This document shows, one piece after another, positions 10,377 through 18,899 of a stretch of DNA of 64,000 bases (the first letter of the stretch is position 1; each line of letters begins with the position of its first letter). This DNA is from a virus. The notes under the pieces were generated by a model. It was not told the origin of the DNA. It saw nothing but the letters and a program-made list of their open reading frames with translations, and did not search any database. Both the position numbers and the translations under genes were made by a program. Where the stretch lies: IMG/VR virus record IMGVR_UViG_3300025697_000003; one strand, 5' to 3'.

Positions 10377-10826
10377 ATGATGATTCATGAGACTGCAGAC
10401 GTAGATCCTACTGCCACGATTGGCGAAGGGACGAATGTGTGGAACAACGCGCAAGTGCGTGAAGGCGCGAAGATTGGGAAGGATTGTGTCATTGGAACGG
10501 GAGCTTACATCGGGAAGGATGTTGTTGTTGGTGATCGATGCAAGATTGAGAACTACGCATGTCTGTTCCGTGGAGTCAGAGTTGGAGACGAGGTGTTCAT
10601 TGGTCCGCATGTTTGCTTCACGAATGACAGGATTCCTCATGCAGATGGGTCAGCATGGGATTTAGCCGTTACGTTGGTAGCCAGCGGTGCAAGCATTGGT
10701 GCGAATGCAACGATCTTGCCTGGAGCTCGCATCGGAGTAAACGCCATGGTTGGCGCAGGAGCAGTCGTAACTAGAGATGTATTGGCGCACGAAACAGTTG
10801 TTGGAAATCCAGCGAGGGAAATATGA
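10377..10826 (+). CDS. Left-handed beta-helix (hexapeptide) N-acetyltransferase, WbpD/WlbB-like
   Basis: Hexapeptide repeats throughout (IGEGTNVWNNAQV, IGKDCVIGTGAYI, VGDRCKIENYA, IGANATILPGARIGVNAMVGAGAVV). AAGGAG upstream. ATG at 10380 is an alternative start. Confidence 0.8.
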   Translation: MMIHETADVDPTATIGEGTNVWNNAQVREGAKIGKDCVIGTGAYIGKDVVVGDRCKIENYACLFRGVRVGDEVFIGPHVCFTNDRIPHADGSAWDLAVTLVASGASIGANATILPGARIGVNAMVGAGAVVTRDVLAHETVVGNPAREI

Positions 10827-11872
10827 TCACAATAGCAAACCCTATCATTGGCGATCTTGAGAAAGCCGCGGTCATGGACGTGCTGAACTCAGGGAATCTA
10901 GCTCAGGGTTCCAAGGTACGCGAATTCGAAGAGGCGTTTGCGAAGTACGTCAACGCTGAGTACGCAGTTGCCGTTTCTTCTGGGACTGCTGCGCTCCATC
11001 TTGCATTGAGGGCGCATGGTGTTGGAGGTGGCGATAGCGTTGTGACGACGCCATTCAGCTTTATGTCGACAGCGAACGCGATCATTCACTGTAATGCGTA
11101 CCCCGTATTCGGAGACATTTCAGAGGAATCGTTCAATCTGACGCCAGAAAGCGCAGAAGCCGCGATTAACCCCTCTACTCATGCTGTGATGCCGGTACAC
11201 CTGTATGGCCTCTCTGCGGACATAGATGGATTTGAGGGCCTCTCTGCTCGATCAGGCGTGCCAATCATCGAGGATGCCTGCCAAGCTCACGGCGCGACGT
11301 ACAAAGGCCAGATGATCGGGTCGATCAACACGACATGCTTCTCGTTCTATCCATCCAAGAACATGACAACTGGCGAAGGTGGAATGGTAACGACAAACGA
11401 TCCTACGATTGCCGACAAGGTGAGGACATTGCGTAGCCATGGTGTCGTAGAAGATGTCATCGGGTTCAACTATCGGATGACGGACATTCAGGCAGCGATT
11501 GGGTGTGTGCAGCTAGATTCTCTTGATGACTGGAATGCTATCCGAGGCCAGAATGCGCGACTGCTGACACACTTGCTCTCTGACTCAGTAATTTGTCCAA
11601 AGGATACAGAAGGGCATGTCTACCACCAGTACACGGTGAGGATCAAAGAGAACAGGGACGAGGTATTACTCAAACTCAACGAAGCTGGGATTGGCGCAAG
11701 GGTCTACTACGACACGCCGATCCATAAGATGTATCCATATTCTGTGGCAGAGTCGACGAGACCTACGGCAGAGATGGTGGCGAAGCAAGTCCTGTCTCTT
11801 CCGGTGCATCCAGGAGTTTCAGCAGAGGATATTGAACGAATTGCGGAGGTGTTGAAATGCGCGTTGGCGTGA
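10823..11872 (+). CDS. DegT/DnrJ/EryC1-type PLP sugar aminotransferase (WbpE/WlbC-like)
   Basis: Motifs: AVSSGTAALHLAL, DACQAHGA, and SFYPSKNMTTGEGGMV carrying the PLP lysine. ATGA overlap with the acetyltransferase gene. Confidence 0.9.
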   Translation: MITIANPIIGDLEKAAVMDVLNSGNLAQGSKVREFEEAFAKYVNAEYAVAVSSGTAALHLALRAHGVGGGDSVVTTPFSFMSTANAIIHCNAYPVFGDISEESFNLTPESAEAAINPSTHAVMPVHLYGLSADIDGFEGLSARSGVPIIEDACQAHGATYKGQMIGSINTTCFSFYPSKNMTTGEGGMVTTNDPTIADKVRTLRSHGVVEDVIGFNYRMTDIQAAIGCVQLDSLDDWNAIRGQNARLLTHLLSDSVICPKDTEGHVYHQYTVRIKENRDEVLLKLNEAGIGARVYYDTPIHKMYPYSVAESTRPTAEMVAKQVLSLPVHPGVSAEDIERIAEVLKCALA

Positions 11873-13062
11873 TTGGTCTAGGGAGTATGGGAGCGAACCA
11901 CGCACGGGTGCTTGATGAACTCGGTGTGCTTGCGGCGGTATGCGATTCTGACAAGTTGGCGCCATGTCGAACGTCTGTGAAGAGATACACGACCATTGAG
12001 GGGATGCTGAAGAATCAGAATCTAGACGCAGTTACGATTGCTGTTCCGACATCGTTGCATTGCATGGTTGGGAGTACGGTACTGAAAGCCGGCATACCTG
12101 CGCTGATAGAGAAGCCACTTGCATCTACAGTTGCCGAAGCACGCTTGCTTGTTGAGGTAGCGAAGGCTGCTGGAGTATTCCTGTCTGTTGGGCTGATCGA
12201 GAGGCACAACCCTGCTGTTATTGAACTGAAGAAACGGTGGGGACAGCTGGGCGACGTATCTCAGATGATCATCCGTAGGATGGGGCCCTTCCCTTCTCGG
12301 GTAGAGGATTCAGGAGTGATACTTGATCTATCTGTGCATGATTTCGATCTCATCCGATTTCTTACGGGATCTACGATAGAGTTTATGGCTGGATTGTCGT
12401 CACGGTCAATTCACGCAACAAGGGAGGATGCAGTCTCGTGTGTAGGGATGACAAAGAACGGAATCCTTACAACCATAATGGAGAACTGGACGACGCCTAC
12501 GAAGATCAGAGACATAACTGTACATGGGGCTGAAGGCATGTTCCATGTGGACTTGTTGATGCAGGACATCACGTTCTATGCAAACAACTACGGGCCTGCA
12601 TCATGGGAAGCTGTAAGTATCTTCAGAGGCGTGTCTGAAGGGGATCGGACACAGTACAAGATAGATCGAAGAGAGCCGCTAAAACAAGAGATATCGGCCT
12701 TCCTGCAGTGCGTGGAAGACGGGACACAGGACGGAGGAACTCCAGGGATTGAAGGCGTGTTCGCGCTTCAGCTATCAGAGAAGCTCCAGGGGATGTGTGA
12801 TGGTAACATGGCGTTGAAGAAAAAGATTGAGCCGAAACTGGGAGTGAAGGGTGGCGCGAAGAAAGAAGCTGCTCCGGTAGAGAAGCAATTGACGGCGAGC
12901 GAAAAGGTGAGAGCCTATCTCGTTGAGCACCAAACCTGTTTTGTGACAAGGAAGCGGTTGGCGGATGGTCCTAATAAAGGGAAGATGCAAGCAAAGTATA
13001 CCGAGCTCAAAGGTGAACAACTGGAAGAAGTAGTAAATTCGTTGGTGTCCCTGTGTCAGTAA
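11857..13062 (+). CDS. Gfo/Idh/MocA-family sugar oxidoreductase (WbpB/WlbA-like) with 84-aa Lys-rich C-terminal extension
   Basis: N-terminal Rossmann MRVGVIGLGSMGANHARV and an EKPLA motif. Overlaps the upstream gene by 16 nt. The extension begins at MALKKK (nt 12808). Confidence 0.8.
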   Translation: MRVGVIGLGSMGANHARVLDELGVLAAVCDSDKLAPCRTSVKRYTTIEGMLKNQNLDAVTIAVPTSLHCMVGSTVLKAGIPALIEKPLASTVAEARLLVEVAKAAGVFLSVGLIERHNPAVIELKKRWGQLGDVSQMIIRRMGPFPSRVEDSGVILDLSVHDFDLIRFLTGSTIEFMAGLSSRSIHATREDAVSCVGMTKNGILTTIMENWTTPTKIRDITVHGAEGMFHVDLLMQDITFYANNYGPASWEAVSIFRGVSEGDRTQYKIDRREPLKQEISAFLQCVEDGTQDGGTPGIEGVFALQLSEKLQGMCDGNMALKKKIEPKLGVKGGAKKEAAPVEKQLTASEKVRAYLVEHQTCFVTRKRLADGPNKGKMQAKYTELKGEQLEEVVNSLVSLCQ

Positions 13063-13119
13063 AGGAAATCAAATCAACTCCTCAGTGCTCAACGACACAG
13101 AGAGGAAAAGGAGGAAATT

Positions 13120-13494
13120 ATGGCTCTAGCAAGTTTGACGATGCCGACCTCTGTTACAGTATCTGAGGCAGAGTCAACCGGGACTAGCTCAGGAGTGGCC
13201 GCATCTACGGCGTCTTCTTCGGCGTCTGCAGCGATCATTGACGCATCTGAGGCTTCATCTCAGGCGTCCGTGGCGATCATTGACGCATCTGAGGCATCCT
13301 CGTTGGCATCATCGGCAGCGGCTGACGCATCTGATGCGAAGTCGACGGGTCTTGTTGACAGCTCGGCTGCTTCGGTTACGAAGTCGTTGGCGGTCTACAG
13401 CGATCCGGGCTCTGATGAGTATCCGGTCAAAGAGATTGTCATGAATGCTACACTAGATACCGTCGTTACTTACGATGATTCATCTATCGCGTAG
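13120..13494 (+). CDS. Ser/Ala-rich fibre-like protein
   Basis: AAAGGAGG upstream. 124 aa, with about 70 residues of S/A/D low complexity. A perfect 23-nt direct repeat GCGATCATTGACGCATCTGAGGC occurs at 13231 and 13273. Confidence 0.6.
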   Translation: MALASLTMPTSVTVSEAESTGTSSGVAASTASSSASAAIIDASEASSQASVAIIDASEASSLASSAAADASDAKSTGLVDSSAASVTKSLAVYSDPGSDEYPVKEIVMNATLDTVVTYDDSSIA

Positions 13495-13503
13495 CGTAAT
13501 CCA

Positions 13504-13525
13504 GGGGCGGTCTTCGGGCCGTCCC
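13504..13525 (+). terminator. Stem-loop with cUUCGg tetraloop (weak terminator or RNA stabiliser)
   Basis: GGGGCGGTC-TTCG-GGCCGTCCC gives a 9 bp stem including 2 G-U pairs. Only a weak T tract follows. Confidence 0.4.
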
Positions 13526-13543
13526 TACTTCTAAGGAGAGAAC

Positions 13544-14596
13544 ATGAAAATTGCACACTGGAGCAGTTTTGCACCGAGTCGCTCTGGGCTCTACGAGGCC
13601 GCGAAAGACCTCGTTCTAGCTGAGAGGGCGGCGGGTATTGACGCACTGTTCATGAATATGAGCATAGAGGATATCGAGCAGCACAAGGCGAAGTGTCCAG
13701 GAGGCAGGATTGACGAGGCGAATCTTAATCCGAGTGATTGGGAAGCGGCAAAGGATGCGAAGATCTGGGTCATTCATCGTGGCATCCCTGCATCGATGCT
13801 CGAGGAGTCTAAGAAGCACTATTTGATCATGGCGATCCACGGTGCTCCAGAACACATGATGATGCACGACATCGAGAACAGCGGTAACGTACAGAGCTTC
13901 AATTCGCACATCAACATGGTGAACAATTACGATCGGTCGGTAGCGTTGAATGAGCACGACTACAGGATATGGCAGATGTATGCACCTCCAGAGAAGCTAG
14001 TCCACATTGACGACTCGATTGACGTCACTCGCTTCTCTCCAGATGGATATGCGTGGGAGTTCACAGGCGAGCCATCGATCCTTCATGCTGACGTATCACG
14101 AAATATCAAGCTGCCGTTCACGCTGTTCTGGGCGATGGGGAAGATCTACGAGAGCATCCCAGAGGCAAGGCTTCAGATGTATGGACTGCCGTTTGCTGAG
14201 ATCAACACATTCAGAAACATGATGGTCAGGGCACAGAACATTCATCTGTTGGGTACGTTGGAATCTGTGCAGATGATCACATCTGATCTTCGACCGATGA
14301 TGAGAGGGTCTGACATTGGAGTCAACCCGAATCTCAGTGGAGTACGCTCGCGTGTAACGATGGAGATGATGGCGTGTGGGCTCCCTGTAGTTGGTGCTGG
14401 CGAAGGCTACCCGATTCGAAGGTATCGCACCTACGACACGCATGGGCTTGCAGAGACGATCCTAGAGGCGTGGGAAGAGATTCAGAAGGATCCTACGGCA
14501 GCGCGTGAGCAAGCTCGAGCGTATGCAGTAGAACACTTTGACGTTAAGAACGCTGTAGAGACTGGATGGATCCCACTCTACGAGGAGGTAGGGTAA
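13544..14596 (+). CDS. GT-B fold glycosyltransferase (GT4-like)
   Basis: 350 aa. The C-terminal motif RVTMEMMACGLPVVGAGEG is typical of group-1 glycosyltransferases. AAGGAG upstream. Confidence 0.75.
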   Translation: MKIAHWSSFAPSRSGLYEAAKDLVLAERAAGIDALFMNMSIEDIEQHKAKCPGGRIDEANLNPSDWEAAKDAKIWVIHRGIPASMLEESKKHYLIMAIHGAPEHMMMHDIENSGNVQSFNSHINMVNNYDRSVALNEHDYRIWQMYAPPEKLVHIDDSIDVTRFSPDGYAWEFTGEPSILHADVSRNIKLPFTLFWAMGKIYESIPEARLQMYGLPFAEINTFRNMMVRAQNIHLLGTLESVQMITSDLRPMMRGSDIGVNPNLSGVRSRVTMEMMACGLPVVGAGEGYPIRRYRTYDTHGLAETILEAWEEIQKDPTAAREQARAYAVEHFDVKNAVETGWIPLYEEVG

Positions 14597-16074
14597 TGGC
14601 ACTACAAACGACGAAGCTAGTAGGTGACATAGAGTTTGGACCGTATTCGATGCTTGCCTCTGTTTCTGATGATACGCCTCTTGCGCTGGCGATCGCGGAA
14701 CAAACGATAGTAGGAAGGATCACGGGCGGCAACATCGCAGCGTTGACCGTGGCTGAATTGCAAACGCTGGCCTTCTCTGCGAACTTGCCTGAGAACGTTA
14801 CTATCCGGCTTGATCCAATCCTCAGTGCAGATACCAAGTGGACAGGGACAACTCGTGATGTGGTAGCTGGCACAACTGCGCTTGTTTATGGCTACTGCTA
14901 CTACTGCGCGTCGACCGGCAAGTGGGAACTGACAAACGCTACCGCGATCGCCACTTCTCATGGAGAGGTCGGCATGTGTGTCATTGCCGCGGCAACTGAC
15001 GCGACTGGTACGTTGTTGATGAATGGAATGATTCGGGCTGATGACGAATTTGATACATTCACTAAGGGCAGTGACATCTACCTGAGTGCTTCTACGGCTG
15101 GGAAACTGACAGCTACTGCGCCTACAGGGACCACGGACTTCGTAGTGAGGATCGTAGCTTCGGCACCAACGGCTGACAGCGTTTCTTTCAAGGGCGGCCA
15201 CGCATACGCTGAACTCGGAGATACTGTGTTCGTTACAAAAGCAACTTATGGCGCACAATCAATTCTTGCTGCTGTGTTGAATGATACACCAGTGGTTGTT
15301 ACTGTTGCTGAACAAACGCTGGTGGGGCGGAAGACAGGCGGCGATGTAACAGCCTTAACCGCTGCCGAGACTAGCGCGATTGTTCATTCGGTTGGGCTCG
15401 CTGCTGACTGGGACGTACTTGACAACAAGATCACAGCCCAAAACCTCACCGCCGATGCGCTGACTGCCGGGCGGGGTGTGTTCACAGGCACAGACGGGCT
15501 TTTGTCGGTTGACGGTGCTTTCATTTGGGACAATACGAATAAGCGGTTGGGGATTGGGGTAACACCGTTACATATTATTCACGTATCATCGTCCATTGAT
15601 ACAGGCATTGGGATTGGCACCACCGACGCGGGGAGAGAAGCATATTTAGCGTTGTACTCAAACTCTGTGAGCATAGGAACGTTCGAGGCGTTTGGATCGA
15701 CCTTTGCCGTTGCGGATTACCAATCAGCGGTATCTTTTACTGCCCAGGTTAATAACGATGGAAAGATATTTTTCACGACAAAGACCAGTGGGACTCCAAC
15801 AGCAAGAATGGTGATTTTGAATAATGGCAACGTCGGCATCGGAACAACCGCCCCCGGCGCAAAGTGCCACGTAGACCAGTCAAGCACCTCAGGCGCGATA
15901 CCCGTGCTGACTTTGGATCAGGCGGATCTTAGCGAGGAGTTCATATCGTTCAAAACTACAGTCGGAGATGGCAATCCGATGGACGCTACTAATGCTGTCG
16001 GCTCAGCTTACGCTAGGTTAAGGATTGACGTAGACGGTGTTGGATACAAGTACATTCAAGTTTACGACGCATAG
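14596..16074 (+). CDS. Tail fibre protein
   Basis: ATG at 14596 overlaps the upstream stop (TAATG), with GAGGAGG 8 nt upstream. Internal duplication (..DTP...(I/V)AEQT(I/L)VGR.TGG...ALT.AE.. twice). C-terminal NNGNVGIGTTAPGAK fibre motif. Confidence 0.7.
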   Translation: MALQTTKLVGDIEFGPYSMLASVSDDTPLALAIAEQTIVGRITGGNIAALTVAELQTLAFSANLPENVTIRLDPILSADTKWTGTTRDVVAGTTALVYGYCYYCASTGKWELTNATAIATSHGEVGMCVIAAATDATGTLLMNGMIRADDEFDTFTKGSDIYLSASTAGKLTATAPTGTTDFVVRIVASAPTADSVSFKGGHAYAELGDTVFVTKATYGAQSILAAVLNDTPVVVTVAEQTLVGRKTGGDVTALTAAETSAIVHSVGLAADWDVLDNKITAQNLTADALTAGRGVFTGTDGLLSVDGAFIWDNTNKRLGIGVTPLHIIHVSSSIDTGIGIGTTDAGREAYLALYSNSVSIGTFEAFGSTFAVADYQSAVSFTAQVNNDGKIFFTTKTSGTPTARMVILNNGNVGIGTTAPGAKCHVDQSSTSGAIPVLTLDQADLSEEFISFKTTVGDGNPMDATNAVGSAYARLRIDVDGVGYKYIQVYDA

Positions 16075-16082
16075 GAGGGAAC

Positions 16083-16331
16083 ATGGCATTTGATCCAGTA
16101 GTTGCAAAAGCACCAGCAAGCATCGGCGACATCAGCGTAGTTCTAACGGACTACATCGACGAAGAGACGTCGACAGCAAAATACGAGGTGCAGGTGAAGG
16201 ACGCAGACGGCGGTATGTTCGAGTTGAAGCAAGGCGATCTAGTACCAGAGTTGCCGCAAGTACACATCGATGCGATGTTGGCGCTGATGGCATACGTTGA
16301 AGGGCGATCGCAGGAGTTCTTGCCAGCGTAG
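16083..16331 (+). CDS. Hypothetical tail-fibre-module protein
   Basis: 82-aa acidic ORF with GGAGGGA upstream. Confidence 0.5.
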   Translation: MAFDPVVAKAPASIGDISVVLTDYIDEETSTAKYEVQVKDADGGMFELKQGDLVPELPQVHIDAMLALMAYVEGRSQEFLPA

Positions 16332-16359
16332 GATCGATTGTGGAGGAGGTGGAATCTAA

Positions 16360-16974
16360 ATGGCGACCGAGACGCTTAGGCCGAATGCGGCGGGTGATGA
16401 GACAGCCATTGCCGATCAATATCCTGACTCAACAGCGCACTGGGATAAGGTGGATGAAGCAGTCGCGGATGACGATACTACTTATCTGCAAGATGTAGGT
16501 GGAACCTATGCCCGCGACTTTTACAATATACCAGATTCGGTAGGAAGCGGAACGATAAGTTCCATCAAAGTTTATGCTGACGTGAGATGTACTGGCGCAC
16601 CAGCGCAAGCCAGCGTAAAAATCGTCATCAAGTCTGGTACTGGAACAGGTGCGCCAGACACAGCCGATGAAGGCAGCGAATTGACTATTACCACTAGCTA
16701 TGTTCTCCGCTCAGAATCATGGGCCACGAATCCTGCCACCTCCGCTGCTTGGACTTGGGATGAAATAGACAAGCTGCAAATTGGTATCTCTATGAGGAAA
16801 GCCTCAATAGTCCCTGAGGCAAGTCGGTGCACCCAAGTCTACGTCGAGGTGGATTATACGGCAGGTAGCGCAACCAGCATCAAGACAGTCATGGGCGTAC
16901 CAATCGCTGACATCAAGACAGTCAACGGGGTAGCAATCGCAGATGTGAAATCATTCATCGGAGTATCGACGTAG
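16360..16974 (+). CDS. Hypothetical tail-fibre-module protein
   Basis: 204 aa, with GGAGGAGGTGG upstream. Starts LRPNAAGDET...HWDKVDE. C-terminal short repeats (PIADIKTVNGVAIADVKS). Confidence 0.55.
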   Translation: MATETLRPNAAGDETAIADQYPDSTAHWDKVDEAVADDDTTYLQDVGGTYARDFYNIPDSVGSGTISSIKVYADVRCTGAPAQASVKIVIKSGTGTGAPDTADEGSELTITTSYVLRSESWATNPATSAAWTWDEIDKLQIGISMRKASIVPEASRCTQVYVEVDYTAGSATSIKTVMGVPIADIKTVNGVAIADVKSFIGVST

Positions 16975-16988
16975 GATAGGAGAAGACA

Positions 16989-17297
16989 ATGGCTGACTAC
17001 AGGAAAGTATTTGGTAGGATTGTTACTGATGCTGAAGGAGCGGTAGGCGGAGTTTCCGTAAATGTCTATCAGCCTGGCACAACGACAGCGATCACTCTAA
17101 AGGCAAACAAGGCTGGGACAGAGGCCAAGGCTAATCCGTTTGATACTGACGCTAACGGTATCTGGGCATTCTTCACAGACACAGATGCTCTTTCTGGAGT
17201 GGACTACGAAGTTGACATCGTGTTCTCTAAGAGTGGGCTAGACTTCTCGAATATGAACGTGATGTACGAGAACGTGACGGTTCCAGGCGGATTCTAG
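16989..17297 (+). CDS. Small beta-sandwich-like structural protein
   Basis: 102 aa, with TAGGAGAAG upstream. GGVSVNVYQPGTTTAITL resembles prealbumin/CarboxypepD_reg-like folds. Confidence 0.5.
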   Translation: MADYRKVFGRIVTDAEGAVGGVSVNVYQPGTTTAITLKANKAGTEAKANPFDTDANGIWAFFTDTDALSGVDYEVDIVFSKSGLDFSNMNVMYENVTVPGGF

Positions 17298-17321
17298 GCC
17301 GCTTCATAAGGAGGAGTGCGA

Positions 17322-18899
17322 ATGTCATCTGCAGTAGCGACTCAAGGATTACCGCTCGGTGAAGGAGTTGGGATTGTCACACACCACTCGGGATGGACTC
17401 AGGCTACGTTTGGAGAAGTACCAGAGAAGACTCTCGTTCCTAGTGCCCCTGTGATCGATTCTATGGCCGCTCCAGACCAGACGGCTGGCATTCTGGTACT
17501 AAGTATCACCCTGCCGACTACAGACACTGGTGGCAACGCCCTAGCGCAGTCTGAGATCGTTAAGATTCGTATGCACCACAGCACGAGTTCCGGTGTCGAT
17601 ACTGGCGACTCGTATGTTGACTTCCCTCCCGGCGTAACTATCCAATGGGGTCCAGGAGATGTTGTTGCCCACTACGCTGCTATCCGCGTCCAAGATACTC
17701 ACGATCATTGGTCTGTACTCTCGAATGAGAAATCAGCTACAGCGAATGCGGGAACAGAGCCTGAGTACGATGGTCTCTGGGCTCACCGGCTTGGGAAGGA
17801 TTCTGTGTGGACAGAGGACTCTCCGACTACTGATGATGTTGCATGGTCGAACGTAACTCTCTACTGGAAGGATAACAAGTATGCGATAACGGACGGCAAC
17901 ACTAACAAGACGTACATTTGGTGGGACCACAGCAGCACTACAACATTCCAGACATCGGATACGAAGCCGACTTTAACGTTTGAAGACATCCTAGTGGCTA
18001 CGACTGATGCAGGGATGCTGTACCTGACAATGTACTCCCCGATGGTGCTTGCTGACTTCATTCGTGCTGGAGTGCTTGAGTCTACGAACTGGACTACCAC
18101 GGCTGGATCGTACTTTGATCTCGATGCAGGGACGATCAAGCTCGGGGGATCAGATGATCCTTCATTCGCAGTCGACGCAGCCGGCTTGATTACAGCAAAA
18201 GCAGGAACAGTTGGCGGATGGACACTCGCAGCGACGACCTTAACTGGCGGCGATCTAACGCTCGACTCTGGGAACACGAAGATCATAGCTGGCACGGGTG
18301 ATGATATTGTCATCATAGACGCAGCTGACGCTGATTATCGTCTAGTAATTGGAGATGCTGTATATGCAGACGCTCCATTCTCTGTACAGAAGGATGGGAA
18401 GTTCTATCTCGGTGGAGTTGCTGGCAATTTGCAGTGGACTCCATCTCCAGCGGCTCTAATAGTTACGGCGATTTATGCCTCTGCCGCTACATCTGTGGAA
18501 CGGATTACAATCGCTACTGCTGACCTAAAGGCAGTAGACGCCTCTAACAATACTCGTGCCAATTTCAGCAGCACTGATATCACGCTGTACGACGCTACTC
18601 CTACGCTGATTGCTTTTATCCCGACAACTTCAGGGGTTACTCACGCTACGAATCCATTCTTTGTACATGCCCAAGTAACTGTCGACAACAAGTTGGTCGT
18701 TGGATCATCGGCCATTGACAATCCATCGCAAGCTCTGCACGTCACAGGGACAGGTCTCTTCACAAGCACAGTAGTCGTCGGAGACCATGGCGAAAGCACG
18801 ACCCCGAGCGTCGTCAACGTCCTCTTCTACACGGCTGGTAATATTCCAACTGCAAGTACGACTCCACGTGGTACGTTTGCTGTGCAGGTGCCCGCATGA
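17322..18899 (+). CDS. Tail fibre/baseplate structural protein
   Basis: ATG at 17322 lies 7 nt after GGAGG (the track start 17316 is a GTG inside the SD). 525 aa, T/S/G/A-rich and beta-rich. Confidence 0.6.
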   Translation: MSSAVATQGLPLGEGVGIVTHHSGWTQATFGEVPEKTLVPSAPVIDSMAAPDQTAGILVLSITLPTTDTGGNALAQSEIVKIRMHHSTSSGVDTGDSYVDFPPGVTIQWGPGDVVAHYAAIRVQDTHDHWSVLSNEKSATANAGTEPEYDGLWAHRLGKDSVWTEDSPTTDDVAWSNVTLYWKDNKYAITDGNTNKTYIWWDHSSTTTFQTSDTKPTLTFEDILVATTDAGMLYLTMYSPMVLADFIRAGVLESTNWTTTAGSYFDLDAGTIKLGGSDDPSFAVDAAGLITAKAGTVGGWTLAATTLTGGDLTLDSGNTKIIAGTGDDIVIIDAADADYRLVIGDAVYADAPFSVQKDGKFYLGGVAGNLQWTPSPAALIVTAIYASAATSVERITIATADLKAVDASNNTRANFSSTDITLYDATPTLIAFIPTTSGVTHATNPFFVHAQVTVDNKLVVGSSAIDNPSQALHVTGTGLFTSTVVVGDHGESTTPSVVNVLFYTAGNIPTASTTPRGTFAVQVPA

